From: Saccharospirillum sp.
GTDB lineage: Bacteria > Pseudomonadota > Gammaproteobacteria > Pseudomonadales > Natronospirillaceae
DNA: 64,000 nucleotides
Reading direction: 5' to 3'
Assembly: GCF_039982735.1 (NCBI RefSeq)
Contig: NZ_JBDWXV010000003.1
Coordinates: forward strand, 76,898-140,897
In this document: piece after piece, positions 37,722 through 47,547 of the stretch
Layout of the letters: each line of letters opens with the position of its first letter
How positions within the stretch are numbered: the stretch's first letter is position 1
Notes under the pieces: generated by a model
Seen by the model: only the letters and a program-made list of their open reading frames with translations
What the model was told of the DNA's origin: nothing
Databases searched by the model: none
Made by a program: the position numbers and the translations under genes

Positions 37722-38544
37722 CTCCCAGCTGGGTGCGGTCTAGTACCGGCAGGCGGTCCCGGTGTTCATCGAGCGTTGGCATTGAGGCGAGCAGACCCTG
37801 GGTATAGGGATGCCGGGCATTGGCCAGCTCACTGGCTTGACAGCTTTCCACTATTTCACCGTTGAACATCACCAGAATGCGGTCGCAATAACGGGCGACC
37901 ATATTCAGATCGTGACTGATGATGATCAACCCCATGCCGGTGCGGGTGACCAGGTCATCCATAATATCCAGCACCTGAGCCTGTACCGACACATCCAGTG
38001 CAGAGGTGGGTTCGTCGGCAATCATCAGGTCAGGCTCAAGAATCACCATCATGGCAATCATGATGCGCTGGCCCATACCACCCGACACTTCATGCGGGTA
38101 CAGCTTGTACACTCGCTCCGGGTCGGTAATGCGCACAGCTTCGAGGGACTCCAGCACGCGCTTGCGTCGTTCGCGTGCATTTAATGTGCTGTGAAAGCTC
38201 AGCACCTCGGCGATCTGATCACCAATGCGCATCACCGGGTTCAATGAAAACTTGGGGTCCTGCATCACCATGGACATGCGAGCGCCGCGCAGGGCCCGCA
38301 TTCGCTTGTTGGACAGCGTCATCAGATCCAGGCCATCGAACTCCATCCGGTCGGCCGTCACTTTACCCGGCTTTTCGATCAGGCGAAGGATGGAACGACC
38401 GGTCATCGATTTTCCGGACCCACTCTCACCCACAATTCCCAGACGCTCTCGCCCCAGTTCAAAACTGATGCCCTTTACAACCTCAATGGCACCCTGTTCG
38501 CCGGGAAAGCTGACGCGCAGGTTTTCTATGGTCAATAAACTCAT
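37714..38544 (-). CDS. dipeptide/oligopeptide ABC ATP-binding protein (DppD-like)
   Basis: GESGSGKS, YPHEVSGGMGQR, ADEPTSALD, HPYTQGLL. Confidence 0.93.
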   Translation of the reverse strand: MSLLTIENLRVSFPGEQGAIEVVKGISFELGRERLGIVGESGSGKSMTGRSILRLIEKPGKVTADRMEFDGLDLMTLSNKRMRALRGARMSMVMQDPKFSLNPVMRIGDQIAEVLSFHSTLNARERRKRVLESLEAVRITDPERVYKLYPHEVSGGMGQRIMIAMMVILEPDLMIADEPTSALDVSVQAQVLDIMDDLVTRTGMGLIIISHDLNMVARYCDRILVMFNGEIVESCQASELANARHPYTQGLLASMPTLDEHRDRLPVLDRTQLGGV

Positions 38545-39449
38545 TATCGGGTCCTGTTACGGGGGTCGAGTACGTCACGCAGACCGTCGCCAAAGAGACA
38601 AAAGCCAAGACTGACAATCACGATGGCAAAACCGGGCATGGTGGCTACCCACCACTGGTCAAGAATAAACGCCCGACCACTGGAAATCATCGCACCCCAT
38701 TCGGGCAACGGCGGCTGTGCACCCAGGCCAAGAAACCCCAGGCCGGCGGCGGTCAAAATGATGCCGGCCATATCGAGCGTTACCCGCACGATGGTGGACG
38801 ACAAACACAACGGCATGATGTGTCTGAGAATCACCCGGGTATGGCTGGCACCCTGCATTTGAATCGCAGAGATAAACTCTGCATTGCGAAACGTCAGGGT
38901 CTCGGCCCGGGCAATTCGGGCATAGACCGGCCAGGTGGTGATGGCAATGGCGATCACCGCGTTTTCAATGCCAGGCCCCAGAGCAGCGACAAACGCCAGC
39001 GCCAGAATCAGCTTCGGCATCGACAGGAAGACATCGGTCAGCCCCATCAATACGCGGTCAACCCAGCCACCAAAATAGCCGGCGACCGTACCGACCAGCA
39101 AACCCACCGGCGCCGAAATTACGGCGACTAACAGCACGATCATCAGGGTGATGCGCGCACCGTGGATGATGCGCGAAAGAATGTCGCGACCCAGCTCATC
39201 GGTGCCCATCCAGTGATCGGCAGAGGGTGCCAGAAGGCGGGCACCAAGGTTGCTTTCTATCGGAGAATAAGGTGCCAGTACCGGAGCGAAGGCGGCAACG
39301 ATGAGCAGACCAATGATGATCACCAGCCCGACCACCGCCAGCGGATTCCGCAGCAGCGCCCGTACCATCCGATAGGTTTGTCCGGCCCCGGCCTGAAAGC
39401 GGGTTTCCGGGTTTTCATCCACTAACCATGCGTGTGACAGCTGCATCAT
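38544..39449 (-). CDS. dipeptide/oligopeptide ABC permease (DppC-like)
   Basis: HWMGTDELGRDILSR, EAA-like loop, LGFLGLGAQPPLPEWG. Confidence 0.93.
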   Translation of the reverse strand: MMQLSHAWLVDENPETRFQAGAGQTYRMVRALLRNPLAVVGLVIIIGLLIVAAFAPVLAPYSPIESNLGARLLAPSADHWMGTDELGRDILSRIIHGARITLMIVLLVAVISAPVGLLVGTVAGYFGGWVDRVLMGLTDVFLSMPKLILALAFVAALGPGIENAVIAIAITTWPVYARIARAETLTFRNAEFISAIQMQGASHTRVILRHIMPLCLSSTIVRVTLDMAGIILTAAGLGFLGLGAQPPLPEWGAMISSGRAFILDQWWVATMPGFAIVIVSLGFCLFGDGLRDVLDPRNRTR

Positions 39450-40522
39450 CGTGCCCTCGGATCCAGTATGCGATACAACAGGTCGGAGACCTTGTTGACG
39501 CCAATAAACACAGCGCCAATCACCAGCGTGGCGCCCAGCACCGAGTTCATGTCGGCATTAAGCAGAGCATTGGTCAGGTAGTTGCCAATGCCGGGCCAGG
39601 AGAAAACCGTCTCGATCATCACGGACCCTTCCAGCAACTGGGCGAAGGACAGGCCAATCACCGTTACCAGTTGGATCCGAATCGGGCGAAACGCATGCCG
39701 CCAGATCACAACCCGTTCCGGCGCACCCTTTACCCGCGCGGTAATCACGTATTCCTGACTGAGCTGTTCGAGCATGAATGACCGCGTCATCCGGGCGATG
39801 TAGGCCAGGCTAAAGAAGCCGAGAATCGTGGCGGGCAAAATAATATGAGACCAGGCACTGCGGAACACCGCCCAGTCACCCGAGAGCATGCTGTCGATCA
39901 GCAACAGGCCGGTTCGGCTCGGTACGATGCCTTCCATAAATATATCGATCCGGCCCGGCCCGCCCACCCAGCGCAGGTTGGCGTAAAACAGGGCCAGGCC
40001 CACCAGGCCCAGCCAGAAGGCGGGTATGGCGTAGCCCGCCAGGCCAAGCACCCGAATAACCTGATCAATCCAGGAACCCTGACGAGCGGCCGCCAACACC
40101 CCGGCTGGTACACCGACCAGCACGCCAATCAGAATACCCAGCGTGGCCATTTCCAGTGTCGCCGGAAACACTCGCGCCAATTCTTCAGCGACTGGCCGCT
40201 GACTGGTGACAGCCATGCCCAGATCACCGCTGATTACCGCTCCAACGTACTGCACGAACTGAACGATCAGCGGACTGTCGAGCCCCATCTCAGCCCGAAC
40301 GGCGTCGTAGACATCCTGCGGGGCACGGTCGCCCACCACGGCTAGAACCGGGTCGATGGGTACCACTCGGCCGATTACGAAGGTAATGGCCAGCAGGCCC
40401 AGAAAGGTCATCGCGATGGTAGCCGCAAAGCCGCCCAGCGAAACCAGCCAGCGCAGTGACTGCTGACGCCGCCTTTTCCAGGGGTCGTCAGCGGCTGGGT
40501 TTGTCAGCACAAGGCTTTTCAT
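39446..40522 (-). CDS. dipeptide/oligopeptide ABC permease (DppB-like)
   Basis: PATLEMA, RSFMLEQLSQEYVITARVKG, ETVFSWPGIG. Start taken at the ATG at 40522. Confidence 0.92.
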   Translation of the reverse strand: MKSLVLTNPAADDPWKRRRQQSLRWLVSLGGFAATIAMTFLGLLAITFVIGRVVPIDPVLAVVGDRAPQDVYDAVRAEMGLDSPLIVQFVQYVGAVISGDLGMAVTSQRPVAEELARVFPATLEMATLGILIGVLVGVPAGVLAAARQGSWIDQVIRVLGLAGYAIPAFWLGLVGLALFYANLRWVGGPGRIDIFMEGIVPSRTGLLLIDSMLSGDWAVFRSAWSHIILPATILGFFSLAYIARMTRSFMLEQLSQEYVITARVKGAPERVVIWRHAFRPIRIQLVTVIGLSFAQLLEGSVMIETVFSWPGIGNYLTNALLNADMNSVLGATLVIGAVFIGVNKVSDLLYRILDPRAR

Positions 40523-40544
40523 GGAAGACAAAATCCTTTGTTGT

Positions 40545-40605
40545 TGTAAAAAACATTTTTTGACTTAACTAAATTTTTTTACTAGTGTCAAATAACTTTC
40601 ATAAA
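40545..40605. promoter_or_regulatory. AT-rich overlapping divergent sigma70-type promoters
   Basis: Plus strand TTGACT-N16-TAGTGT (40561-40588); minus strand perfect TTGACA (40591-40586); A/T tracts. Confidence 0.45.
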
Positions 40606-40618
40606 AACAGGTAGCCCG

Positions 40619-41227
40619 ATGAACGACCCGAAACCGGCTCAAGTCCTCGAAAAACCGCCCCTCAGCGGCCAACGCATTCGCGATTTGCGACGCCGGGCCG
40701 GGCTCACGCTTCAGGCGCTGAGTGATCAGGCTGGGATTTCAGTGGGATTTCTCAGCCAGGTGGAACGTGACAAGGGCACACCTTCGCTTGGGACGCTGGC
40801 TCAATTGGCATCAGCACTGGGCGTTAGCATTGAATACTTCATCGCCACACCGCGCGCCAATGACAGCATTACACGGGGACAAGAGCGGGAACGGTTTGCC
40901 ATTGCCGATTCCTCGCTACAGTACGAACGCCTGTCGACAGACCTGCCAGGGGGCACCCTGACGTCGCTCATGATTCACATTCCGGTCGGATACAGCTCCG
41001 AACTCACCAAGCACGCCGGGGAAGAACTGATCGTTCTTCTGGAAGGCACTGTCCGACAGACATTGGGTGACAGCGCCTTTGTTCTGAATGCCGGGGACAC
41101 CCTGCATTTTATGGGTGATACCCCACACAGTTTCGCCAATATTGGAGACGTACCGGTCCGTATGGTCTGGACCGGCACCTCACCCCGACTGATTGGCCAA
41201 AAAAGAACCCCGCTCGCTCGGGGCTAA
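40619..41227 (+). CDS. XRE-cupin transcriptional regulator (PuuR/SutR-like)
   Basis: IRDLRRRAGLTLQALS...SVGFLSQVERD HTH, followed by cupin HAGEE...GDTLHF...PHSF. Confidence 0.93.
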   Translation: MNDPKPAQVLEKPPLSGQRIRDLRRRAGLTLQALSDQAGISVGFLSQVERDKGTPSLGTLAQLASALGVSIEYFIATPRANDSITRGQERERFAIADSSLQYERLSTDLPGGTLTSLMIHIPVGYSSELTKHAGEELIVLLEGTVRQTLGDSAFVLNAGDTLHFMGDTPHSFANIGDVPVRMVWTGTSPRLIGQKRTPLARG

Positions 41228-41264
41228 ACGATAAAAACGGTAAACACTCTGGAGAGCTATAACT

Positions 41265-42851
41265 ATGGTTAACCGCTTTAAAACCGTCGCAGCTGCTGCG
41301 CTGCTGACGCTGACTGGTGCGTATGCATCGGCGGCCACGCCCGATAATGCGTTGGTCGTCGCACAGAACATCGATGACATCGTCAGCATTGATCCGGCTC
41401 AGGCCTATGAATTTTCATCCGGTGAGTTTGTCGCCAACGTCTACGACCAGCTGGTGCAATACGACGCTGAAGACACCACCACCCTGGTCGCCGGCCTGGC
41501 TTCTGATTGGGAAATCGATGCAGCCGATCAGGAAATTGTGTTCACCTTGCGTGATGGCGTGACCTTTCATTCCGGCAATCCACTGCGCACCGACGACGTG
41601 CTCTACTCGTTCGAGCGGGTTATCAAACTGAACAAGGCCCCGGCCTTCATCCTGACCCAGCTCGGCTGGACACCCGACAACGTGCTGGACATGGTCACTG
41701 CTGATGGCAACCAAGTGACGGTGCGTTATGAAGGCGAGTTTGCGCCTTCGTTCGTAATGAACGTGCTGGCGTCTCGCCCGGCATCCATCGTCGATGCAGA
41801 GACCGTCAAGGCCCAGGCCGTTGATGGCGACATGGGCAACAGCTGGCTGAACCGGAACTCCGCCGGCACCGGTCCCTTCAAGCTGCGCACCTACCGCCCC
41901 GCCGAGCTGCTGATTATGGATGCAAACCCGGATTACTTTGCCGGCGCGCCGGAAATGGATTCGGTGATCATTCGTCACGTCGCAGAAGCCGCCACCCAGC
42001 GGCTGCTACTGACCTCCGGCGATGTCGACATCGCCATGAACCTGACGCCAGACCAGGTCAGCGGCCTGGCCGGCAACGACGAGGTTCGGGTTGAAACCTT
42101 TCCGCAAGCCGCCGTGCACTTCCTGTCGTTTAACCAGATGAACGATACACTGACGTCTGAAGCCTTGTGGGAAGCGGCCCGTTACCTGGTCGACTACAAC
42201 GGCATGGCCGACTCCTTCCTGAACGGTCAGATGCGCGTTCACCAGGCCTTCTGGCCCGCTGGCTTCCCCGGTGCGGTCACTGAGACGCCCTTCAACTACG
42301 ATCCGGAACGGGCTCGGAGCATTCTTGAGGACGCCGGTTTTGACTTGCCGATGACGATGACGCTGGATGTCATCAACTCGGCGCCGTTTACCGATATGGC
42401 TCAGGCACTGCAAGCTACCTTCGCGCCCATAGGCCTGAACTTTGACATTCTGCCCGGCACCGGTGCCCAGGTGATCACCAAATACCGCGCCCGCACCCAT
42501 GAAGCCATGCTGCTTTACTGGGGCCCGGATTTCATGGACCCGCACTCGAATGCCAAGGCGTTTTCCTACAACAGCGACAATTCAGACGACAACTACCAGA
42601 GCACCACAACCTGGCGCAACGGCTGGCAGCCATCTGATGCGATGAATGAAATGACCATGGCGGCACTCAGTGAACAGGACGCGGACCAGCGCCTGGCCAT
42701 GTATGAAGAATTGCAACGGGGTGTACAAGAGTCATCACCCATTGTGATCATGTTCCAGGCAACCAAACAGGTCGCCATGGCGAACCAGGTGCAGGGCTTT
42801 GTTAACGGTGCCATTTCCGACTATGTGTTCTACCGTCTGGTCACCAAGTAA
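41265..42851 (+). CDS. peptide ABC transporter periplasmic binding protein (family 5)
   Basis: Signal peptide, SIDPAQ, FTLRDGVTFHSGN, AGTGPFKL, YWGPDFMDP. Confidence 0.93.
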   Translation: MVNRFKTVAAAALLTLTGAYASAATPDNALVVAQNIDDIVSIDPAQAYEFSSGEFVANVYDQLVQYDAEDTTTLVAGLASDWEIDAADQEIVFTLRDGVTFHSGNPLRTDDVLYSFERVIKLNKAPAFILTQLGWTPDNVLDMVTADGNQVTVRYEGEFAPSFVMNVLASRPASIVDAETVKAQAVDGDMGNSWLNRNSAGTGPFKLRTYRPAELLIMDANPDYFAGAPEMDSVIIRHVAEAATQRLLLTSGDVDIAMNLTPDQVSGLAGNDEVRVETFPQAAVHFLSFNQMNDTLTSEALWEAARYLVDYNGMADSFLNGQMRVHQAFWPAGFPGAVTETPFNYDPERARSILEDAGFDLPMTMTLDVINSAPFTDMAQALQATFAPIGLNFDILPGTGAQVITKYRARTHEAMLLYWGPDFMDPHSNAKAFSYNSDNSDDNYQSTTTWRNGWQPSDAMNEMTMAALSEQDADQRLAMYEELQRGVQESSPIVIMFQATKQVAMANQVQGFVNGAISDYVFYRLVTK

Positions 42852-42891
42852 CACGGCATGACGAACGCATTACCTTCATAATGTACGACTT

Positions 42892-42917
42892 GGGGCGCTC
42901 TGCGCCCCCTTTTTTTT
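42892..42917 (+). terminator. intrinsic terminator
   Basis: GGGGCGC-TCT-GCGCCCC followed by a T-run. Confidence 0.8.
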
Positions 42918-42952
42918 GACCGAATTTTTTCTCTAATAATGCTGGATACGCA

Positions 42953-43408
42953 ATGACACTCGATTCATCCGCTCCAATTTATAAGGCACTGCATCAGGAA
43001 GCGAAAACCATCGCAGGCGCCAAACTGTTTACCATCATGGTGTTGGACAACGACGCTGGGCTAGCGCACAGAGCTTACACCTCTCATCCAACCGACTATC
43101 CGGCAACCGGCTCCAAGCCAATGCGACAGGACCGTTGGAGTGCCCAGGTCATCGACGCCAAGCAGTCGTTTGTTGCCAACTCAACCGACGGTTTTTCCGA
43201 TGTGTTTTCCGACCACCCGCTGATTAATCAACTCGGTTGCGAGTCCGTACTGAACGTTCCGGTCATTGAACAGAACAGGGTTGTCGGTACCGTGAACTTT
43301 CTGGATGGCAAAAACCATTTCACACCAGAACGCGTTACCGCCCTCGAGAATCTGGTCAACGCTCATCATCAGTCGCTGGTTACCGCGCTGGCAAAGGAAC
43401 TGGGCTGA
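42953..43408 (+). CDS. stand-alone GAF-domain protein
   Basis: LFTIMV, FVAN...VFSDHPLINQLGCESVLNVPV...VVGTVNFL is the GAF beta-sheet pattern; 151 aa. Confidence 0.8.
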   Translation: MTLDSSAPIYKALHQEAKTIAGAKLFTIMVLDNDAGLAHRAYTSHPTDYPATGSKPMRQDRWSAQVIDAKQSFVANSTDGFSDVFSDHPLINQLGCESVLNVPVIEQNRVVGTVNFLDGKNHFTPERVTALENLVNAHHQSLVTALAKELG

Positions 43409-43431
43409 GGCCTGGCGACGCTAAAATGTAA

Positions 43432-43447
43432 CGGGGCAACTGCCCCG
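43432..43447 (-). terminator. short hairpin between convergent genes
   Basis: CGGGGCA-AC-TGCCCCG, followed on the minus strand by TTACATTTT. Confidence 0.4.
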
Positions 43448-43448
43448 C

Positions 43449-46148
43449 TTACCCCTTCCTTTTTTCCCACCGTTTTAAAAACTCAATGGCTATAAAGCTC
43501 GGGAAAAAACACGCCAGAATATAGGGCCACCATGCCAGCGGAAAAGGCGCCGTGCGAAACAGCTCGTTGGCAGCCGGTATCGCCGTTGGTATCAGCCGAA
43601 TCCCTATGCTGATGGCAATGCCGCCCAGCAGCCAGGGGTTGCTGAAGGGGCTGAAGCTGAAGGCCGACTGTTTCAGCGACCGGGCAGACACCACATAGCC
43701 GATATGCGCCAGCAAGATACCCCAGAATGCGGCGGTCTGCGCCTGGGTCAGCAGTAACGCATCGACCCGTTGACCACCCACCACCGCTGGTGCCCCAAAA
43801 TAGTAATAGAGCGCAAAGCCCGGTAGCGAAATGGCCAGCCCCATAATCAGCAATCGCTGAACAAACCGTGCATTGATGATGCCCTCGTCTGCCGCCCTGG
43901 GGGGTGCCTTGAGCAAGTCGCGCTCCTTGCGTTCCATCACAAGAGGCATGGTGAGCAGCACCGAATCGAGCAGGTTGATCCAGAGTATTTGCACCGGCTC
44001 CAGAACAAACCGTACGCCAAACAGTGGCACCTGAGCGGCAAGTAGCACTGCTCCCAGAATCAGAAACGCCTGGGCGGCGTTGGTGGGCAGGGTATATAAA
44101 ATGGCCTTCTGTACATTGTTCCAGGCGTGTCGGCCTTCCTCGACCGCCGCGACGATGGTGGCAAAGTTATCATCCTGCAGCACCATATCGGCGGCTTCCC
44201 GGGCGACCTCGGTGCCACTGCGGCCCATGGCGATGCCAATATCGGCGGCTTTCAGGGCGGGTGCATCATTAACGCCGTCGCCCGTCATCGCGACCACGTG
44301 CCTGTTAGCCTGCAGCGCCTGAGCTATGGCCTTCTTGTGCTCCGGCGCCACCCGGGCAAATACCGACACCGTTTCAACCAGGGTGCGCAGGTCGGCTTCG
44401 TTCATGCCGGTCAGTTCAGCGCCAGTGACGGCCCTGCTAGCTTCAATGCCCAACAGATGCGCCACCGCCCGGGCGGTATCCGGGTGGTCACCGGTAATCA
44501 TCATGGTCCGGATGCCCGCCTCCTTGCAGATTGCCACGGCGTCTTTCGCTGCGGCCCTGGGCGGGTCGATCATGCCCTGAAGGCCGACAAACACCAGACC
44601 GGACAGGTCTTCATGGCGCAGGTCGGCGTGATCTAAAGACACCGATTTCATGGCAAACCCAAGGGTACGCAGTGCGTTGCTGGCGAAGGCGGTGGCCTGA
44701 CCGGCAACACGGGCGCTGTCGAGACTGGTCGGCTGACCCTGTGCATCTAGGGATTGATCGCACATACCCAGCACCACTTCCGGGGCTCCTTTCACCCACA
44801 CCTGACGACCCTGGTCGGTATCTACCAGCACCGCCATGTATTTGGTGCTGGAGTCGAATGGAATTTCCTCCACCCGACGGATCTGCTCGAGGCGGACACC
44901 CCCCTTGTGACCGGACTGACGCAAGGCAATCTCCGTCGGATCACCCGTACCACCGTCGCCGGACAGGTGGGCGTTATTGCAGTAGCTACCGGCCGTCAGC
45001 AACGTCGACAAGGCAGGATGACCCGTTACATCGACGGGCGCTTCAAGGCTGAACTCGCCCTCGAGTGGCGTCGCGCCGGTGCTGACGTCATACACCCGGT
45101 CACCGGCGTATACCCGGGTCACCGTCATTCGGTTTTCGGTTAGTGTGCCGGTTTTGTCGGAACAGATGACCGTGGTTGCACCCAGCGTTTCAGCGGCGGG
45201 TAAATGGCGAATCAGTGCCTTACGCCGGGCCATCACCACGCCCGAGAGTGCAAGAATGGAGGTCATCAGCGCGGGCAGCATTTCAGGAATAGAAGCCACC
45301 ACCAGCGAGACCGCCCCTAGAAAACCGTAGCTGATGCTGAACCCGAGATAAAGGGTATAGAAGAAGCTGACCGTACCCACCGCCAATATGGCGATGATCA
45401 GACTGCGAACAAACTCATTCAGCTTGCGTTGCATCGGGGTGATTTTGACCTGGGCGGACTTCACCATACCCGCGATCTGGCCAAAAACGGTCTGATGGCC
45501 GGTGGCAATCACCACCGCTGTGGCGGTTCCCTGGCTGACGTACGTGCCGGAAAAGCCGGTATTACGCTGATCGCCGGGTACCAGATCCTGGCCCGCCAAA
45601 GCACCGGTTATTTTCTGCACTGGTACGGATTCGCCGGTTAGCGACGACTCATCGACATGCAGATTACTGACACGAACAAAACGAACATCTGCCGGGATTT
45701 TATCGCCGGCTTCAAGAGCTACCAGATCCCCCGGTACCAGTTCTCGGGCGGGCAAGCGGTGCTCGGTGCCGGCTCGAATGATCAGGCACTCCTGTACCAG
45801 CAGGGTGCGCAATGCATCGAGGGCCCCTTCGGCTTTGCCCTCCTGAACAAACCCGAGCAAGGCGTTTAGCACCACCACACCGATAATCACCAGGGTGTCT
45901 GGCAACATGTGCTCACCCAGTAACGTCAGGGTGGTCGTTATGCCCGCGGTCACCAGCAGAATAATTACCATCGGGTCGTAAAACTGCGCCAGCAACCGGC
46001 GCCAGGCAGGTGTTTTCCGAAAGGTGATTTCGTTGGCACCAAAGCGCGCGAGGCGCTCTGCCGCCTCTGCTGCGCTCAGCCCTTCGGCGCTGGTTTCCAG
46101 GTGCGCAAAGACGGTATCCAGATCCTGTGAGTAGTCGACGGCCTTCAT
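43449..46148 (-). CDS. cation-transporting P-type ATPase (type II, Ca2+-ATPase-like)
   Basis: TGES, IPEMLP, DKTGTLT phosphorylation site, KGAPE, MITGDH, TGDGVNDAPAL. Confidence 0.95.
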   Translation of the reverse strand: MKAVDYSQDLDTVFAHLETSAEGLSAAEAAERLARFGANEITFRKTPAWRRLLAQFYDPMVIILLVTAGITTTLTLLGEHMLPDTLVIIGVVVLNALLGFVQEGKAEGALDALRTLLVQECLIIRAGTEHRLPARELVPGDLVALEAGDKIPADVRFVRVSNLHVDESSLTGESVPVQKITGALAGQDLVPGDQRNTGFSGTYVSQGTATAVVIATGHQTVFGQIAGMVKSAQVKITPMQRKLNEFVRSLIIAILAVGTVSFFYTLYLGFSISYGFLGAVSLVVASIPEMLPALMTSILALSGVVMARRKALIRHLPAAETLGATTVICSDKTGTLTENRMTVTRVYAGDRVYDVSTGATPLEGEFSLEAPVDVTGHPALSTLLTAGSYCNNAHLSGDGGTGDPTEIALRQSGHKGGVRLEQIRRVEEIPFDSSTKYMAVLVDTDQGRQVWVKGAPEVVLGMCDQSLDAQGQPTSLDSARVAGQATAFASNALRTLGFAMKSVSLDHADLRHEDLSGLVFVGLQGMIDPPRAAAKDAVAICKEAGIRTMMITGDHPDTARAVAHLLGIEASRAVTGAELTGMNEADLRTLVETVSVFARVAPEHKKAIAQALQANRHVVAMTGDGVNDAPALKAADIGIAMGRSGTEVAREAADMVLQDDNFATIVAAVEEGRHAWNNVQKAILYTLPTNAAQAFLILGAVLLAAQVPLFGVRFVLEPVQILWINLLDSVLLTMPLVMERKERDLLKAPPRAADEGIINARFVQRLLIMGLAISLPGFALYYYFGAPAVVGGQRVDALLLTQAQTAAFWGILLAHIGYVVSARSLKQSAFSFSPFSNPWLLGGIAISIGIRLIPTAIPAANELFRTAPFPLAWWPYILACFFPSFIAIEFLKRWEKRKG

Positions 46149-46335
46149 GGCGGAATCCTGCTTGGGCGGTGTAACATGGGTTAACCGGTTTCAGTATCCC
46201 GGGATCGACAGCCGGTTGCAAAGCCCGTTCTCAGGCCCATCGTACACCCATTCAGACAGCAGCGTTCCAGCGAGGTCTGCCTTTCTGCGATATAGTGCTG
46301 CAACGCTTACGCTCACCGACAAGGACCGACTTTTA

Positions 46336-47535
46336 ATGGCTCTAAACCCTGCTTTTCTGATCCTGATTCTGACGCTCCTGCTGGGTTTGCAGCCGTTCAC
46401 GACCGACCTTTACCTGCCTGCCCTGCCGTACATCACCGAGTCGTTCGATACCACGATCGCCCATGCCCAGTTAACCCTGTCGGTTATGCTGCTCGCTTTC
46501 GGCGGGTCCCAACTGATTTGGGGGCCAGTGTCCGACCGGTATGGCCGCAGGCCTGTCTTGATGGCAGGCCTGGGCTTATACGCCTTATCGGCCATAGGCG
46601 CGGCACTGGCACCGGCCATGGAGTGGCTGATTGGCTGGCGCCTGATTCAGGGCATTGCTTTGGGCGCGGCAGTGATGTGTGCCCGGGCCCTGGTGCGCGA
46701 TTTGTTTGACGACCCGGTACAGTCGGCGCACGCGCTCAGCCGGGGCTTATCCGGCCTTGGCGTTCTGGCCTGTATTTCCGCACCGCTCGGTGCCCTGTTA
46801 ACCGCCTATCTCGGCTGGCAGTTTACCTTTGTGTTTCTGGCGGTATTCAGCTTTGCGGTTTTGCTGCTAATTGCTTTTCGCCTTGACGAGACACTGCGCG
46901 AGCCACGCACCCAGTCGTTGCGACCGAGCCGCCTGGTGCGCACCTGGGCCGGCATTCTCACCCACCACACGTTCTGGTCTTACGCGCTGCTTCAGACCGC
47001 CACTTACGGGGGCCTTTATGTATTCCTTGCGTCGTCTTCGTTTGTGTTTATGGACTACCTGAGCCTGTCGGCAACGCATTACGGCATCATCATGTTTTCG
47101 ATGTCTGCGTCTTACATCAGCGGCACATTACTGTGCCGTCGTCTGCTGCTGCGCGTCAGCATTCAGCGAACGGTTGTGGTCGGTGGTGTGTTTGCACTGA
47201 CGGGCAGTTCGGCGATGATTCTGCTGGTTGTACTGGGCTTTACCTCACTCTGGGCGTTGCTGCTGCCGTTTTACGTCTTCATGATTGGGCACGGCATAAA
47301 CCAGCCCTGTGCACAAAGCGGCGTTATGGGGCCTTTCCCTCAGGCCGCCGGGGCAGCATCGGCACTCAGCAGCCTGGTGATGGTGATCGGCTCGTTTCTG
47401 ATCGGGCTCTGGCTGGGCCAGGCCATGGATGGGTCACCGCTGCCGATGGCGCTGGGCATCTGGTTTTGCGGCATTGCGGTGGCCATCTTTGGCTGGGGCT
47501 TTGCCGCCCGGATTCGAATGGCCGCTACAGCGTAA
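46336..47535 (+). CDS. Bcr/CflA-family MFS efflux transporter
   Basis: TDLYLPALP, GPVSDRYGRRPV, about 12 TM helices, AGAASAL. Start moved to the ATG at 46336. Confidence 0.9.
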   Translation: MALNPAFLILILTLLLGLQPFTTDLYLPALPYITESFDTTIAHAQLTLSVMLLAFGGSQLIWGPVSDRYGRRPVLMAGLGLYALSAIGAALAPAMEWLIGWRLIQGIALGAAVMCARALVRDLFDDPVQSAHALSRGLSGLGVLACISAPLGALLTAYLGWQFTFVFLAVFSFAVLLLIAFRLDETLREPRTQSLRPSRLVRTWAGILTHHTFWSYALLQTATYGGLYVFLASSSFVFMDYLSLSATHYGIIMFSMSASYISGTLLCRRLLLRVSIQRTVVVGGVFALTGSSAMILLVVLGFTSLWALLLPFYVFMIGHGINQPCAQSGVMGPFPQAAGAASALSSLVMVIGSFLIGLWLGQAMDGSPLPMALGIWFCGIAVAIFGWGFAARIRMAATA

Positions 47536-47547
47536 TCAGGTTTCAAT

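Noticed and set aside
45270-45300. PEMLP instead of PEGLP in TM4 of the P-type ATPase as a sign of novel ion specificity
   Set aside because: The ion-binding Glu is retained and such variation is plausible within type II ATPases; not enough to claim novelty.
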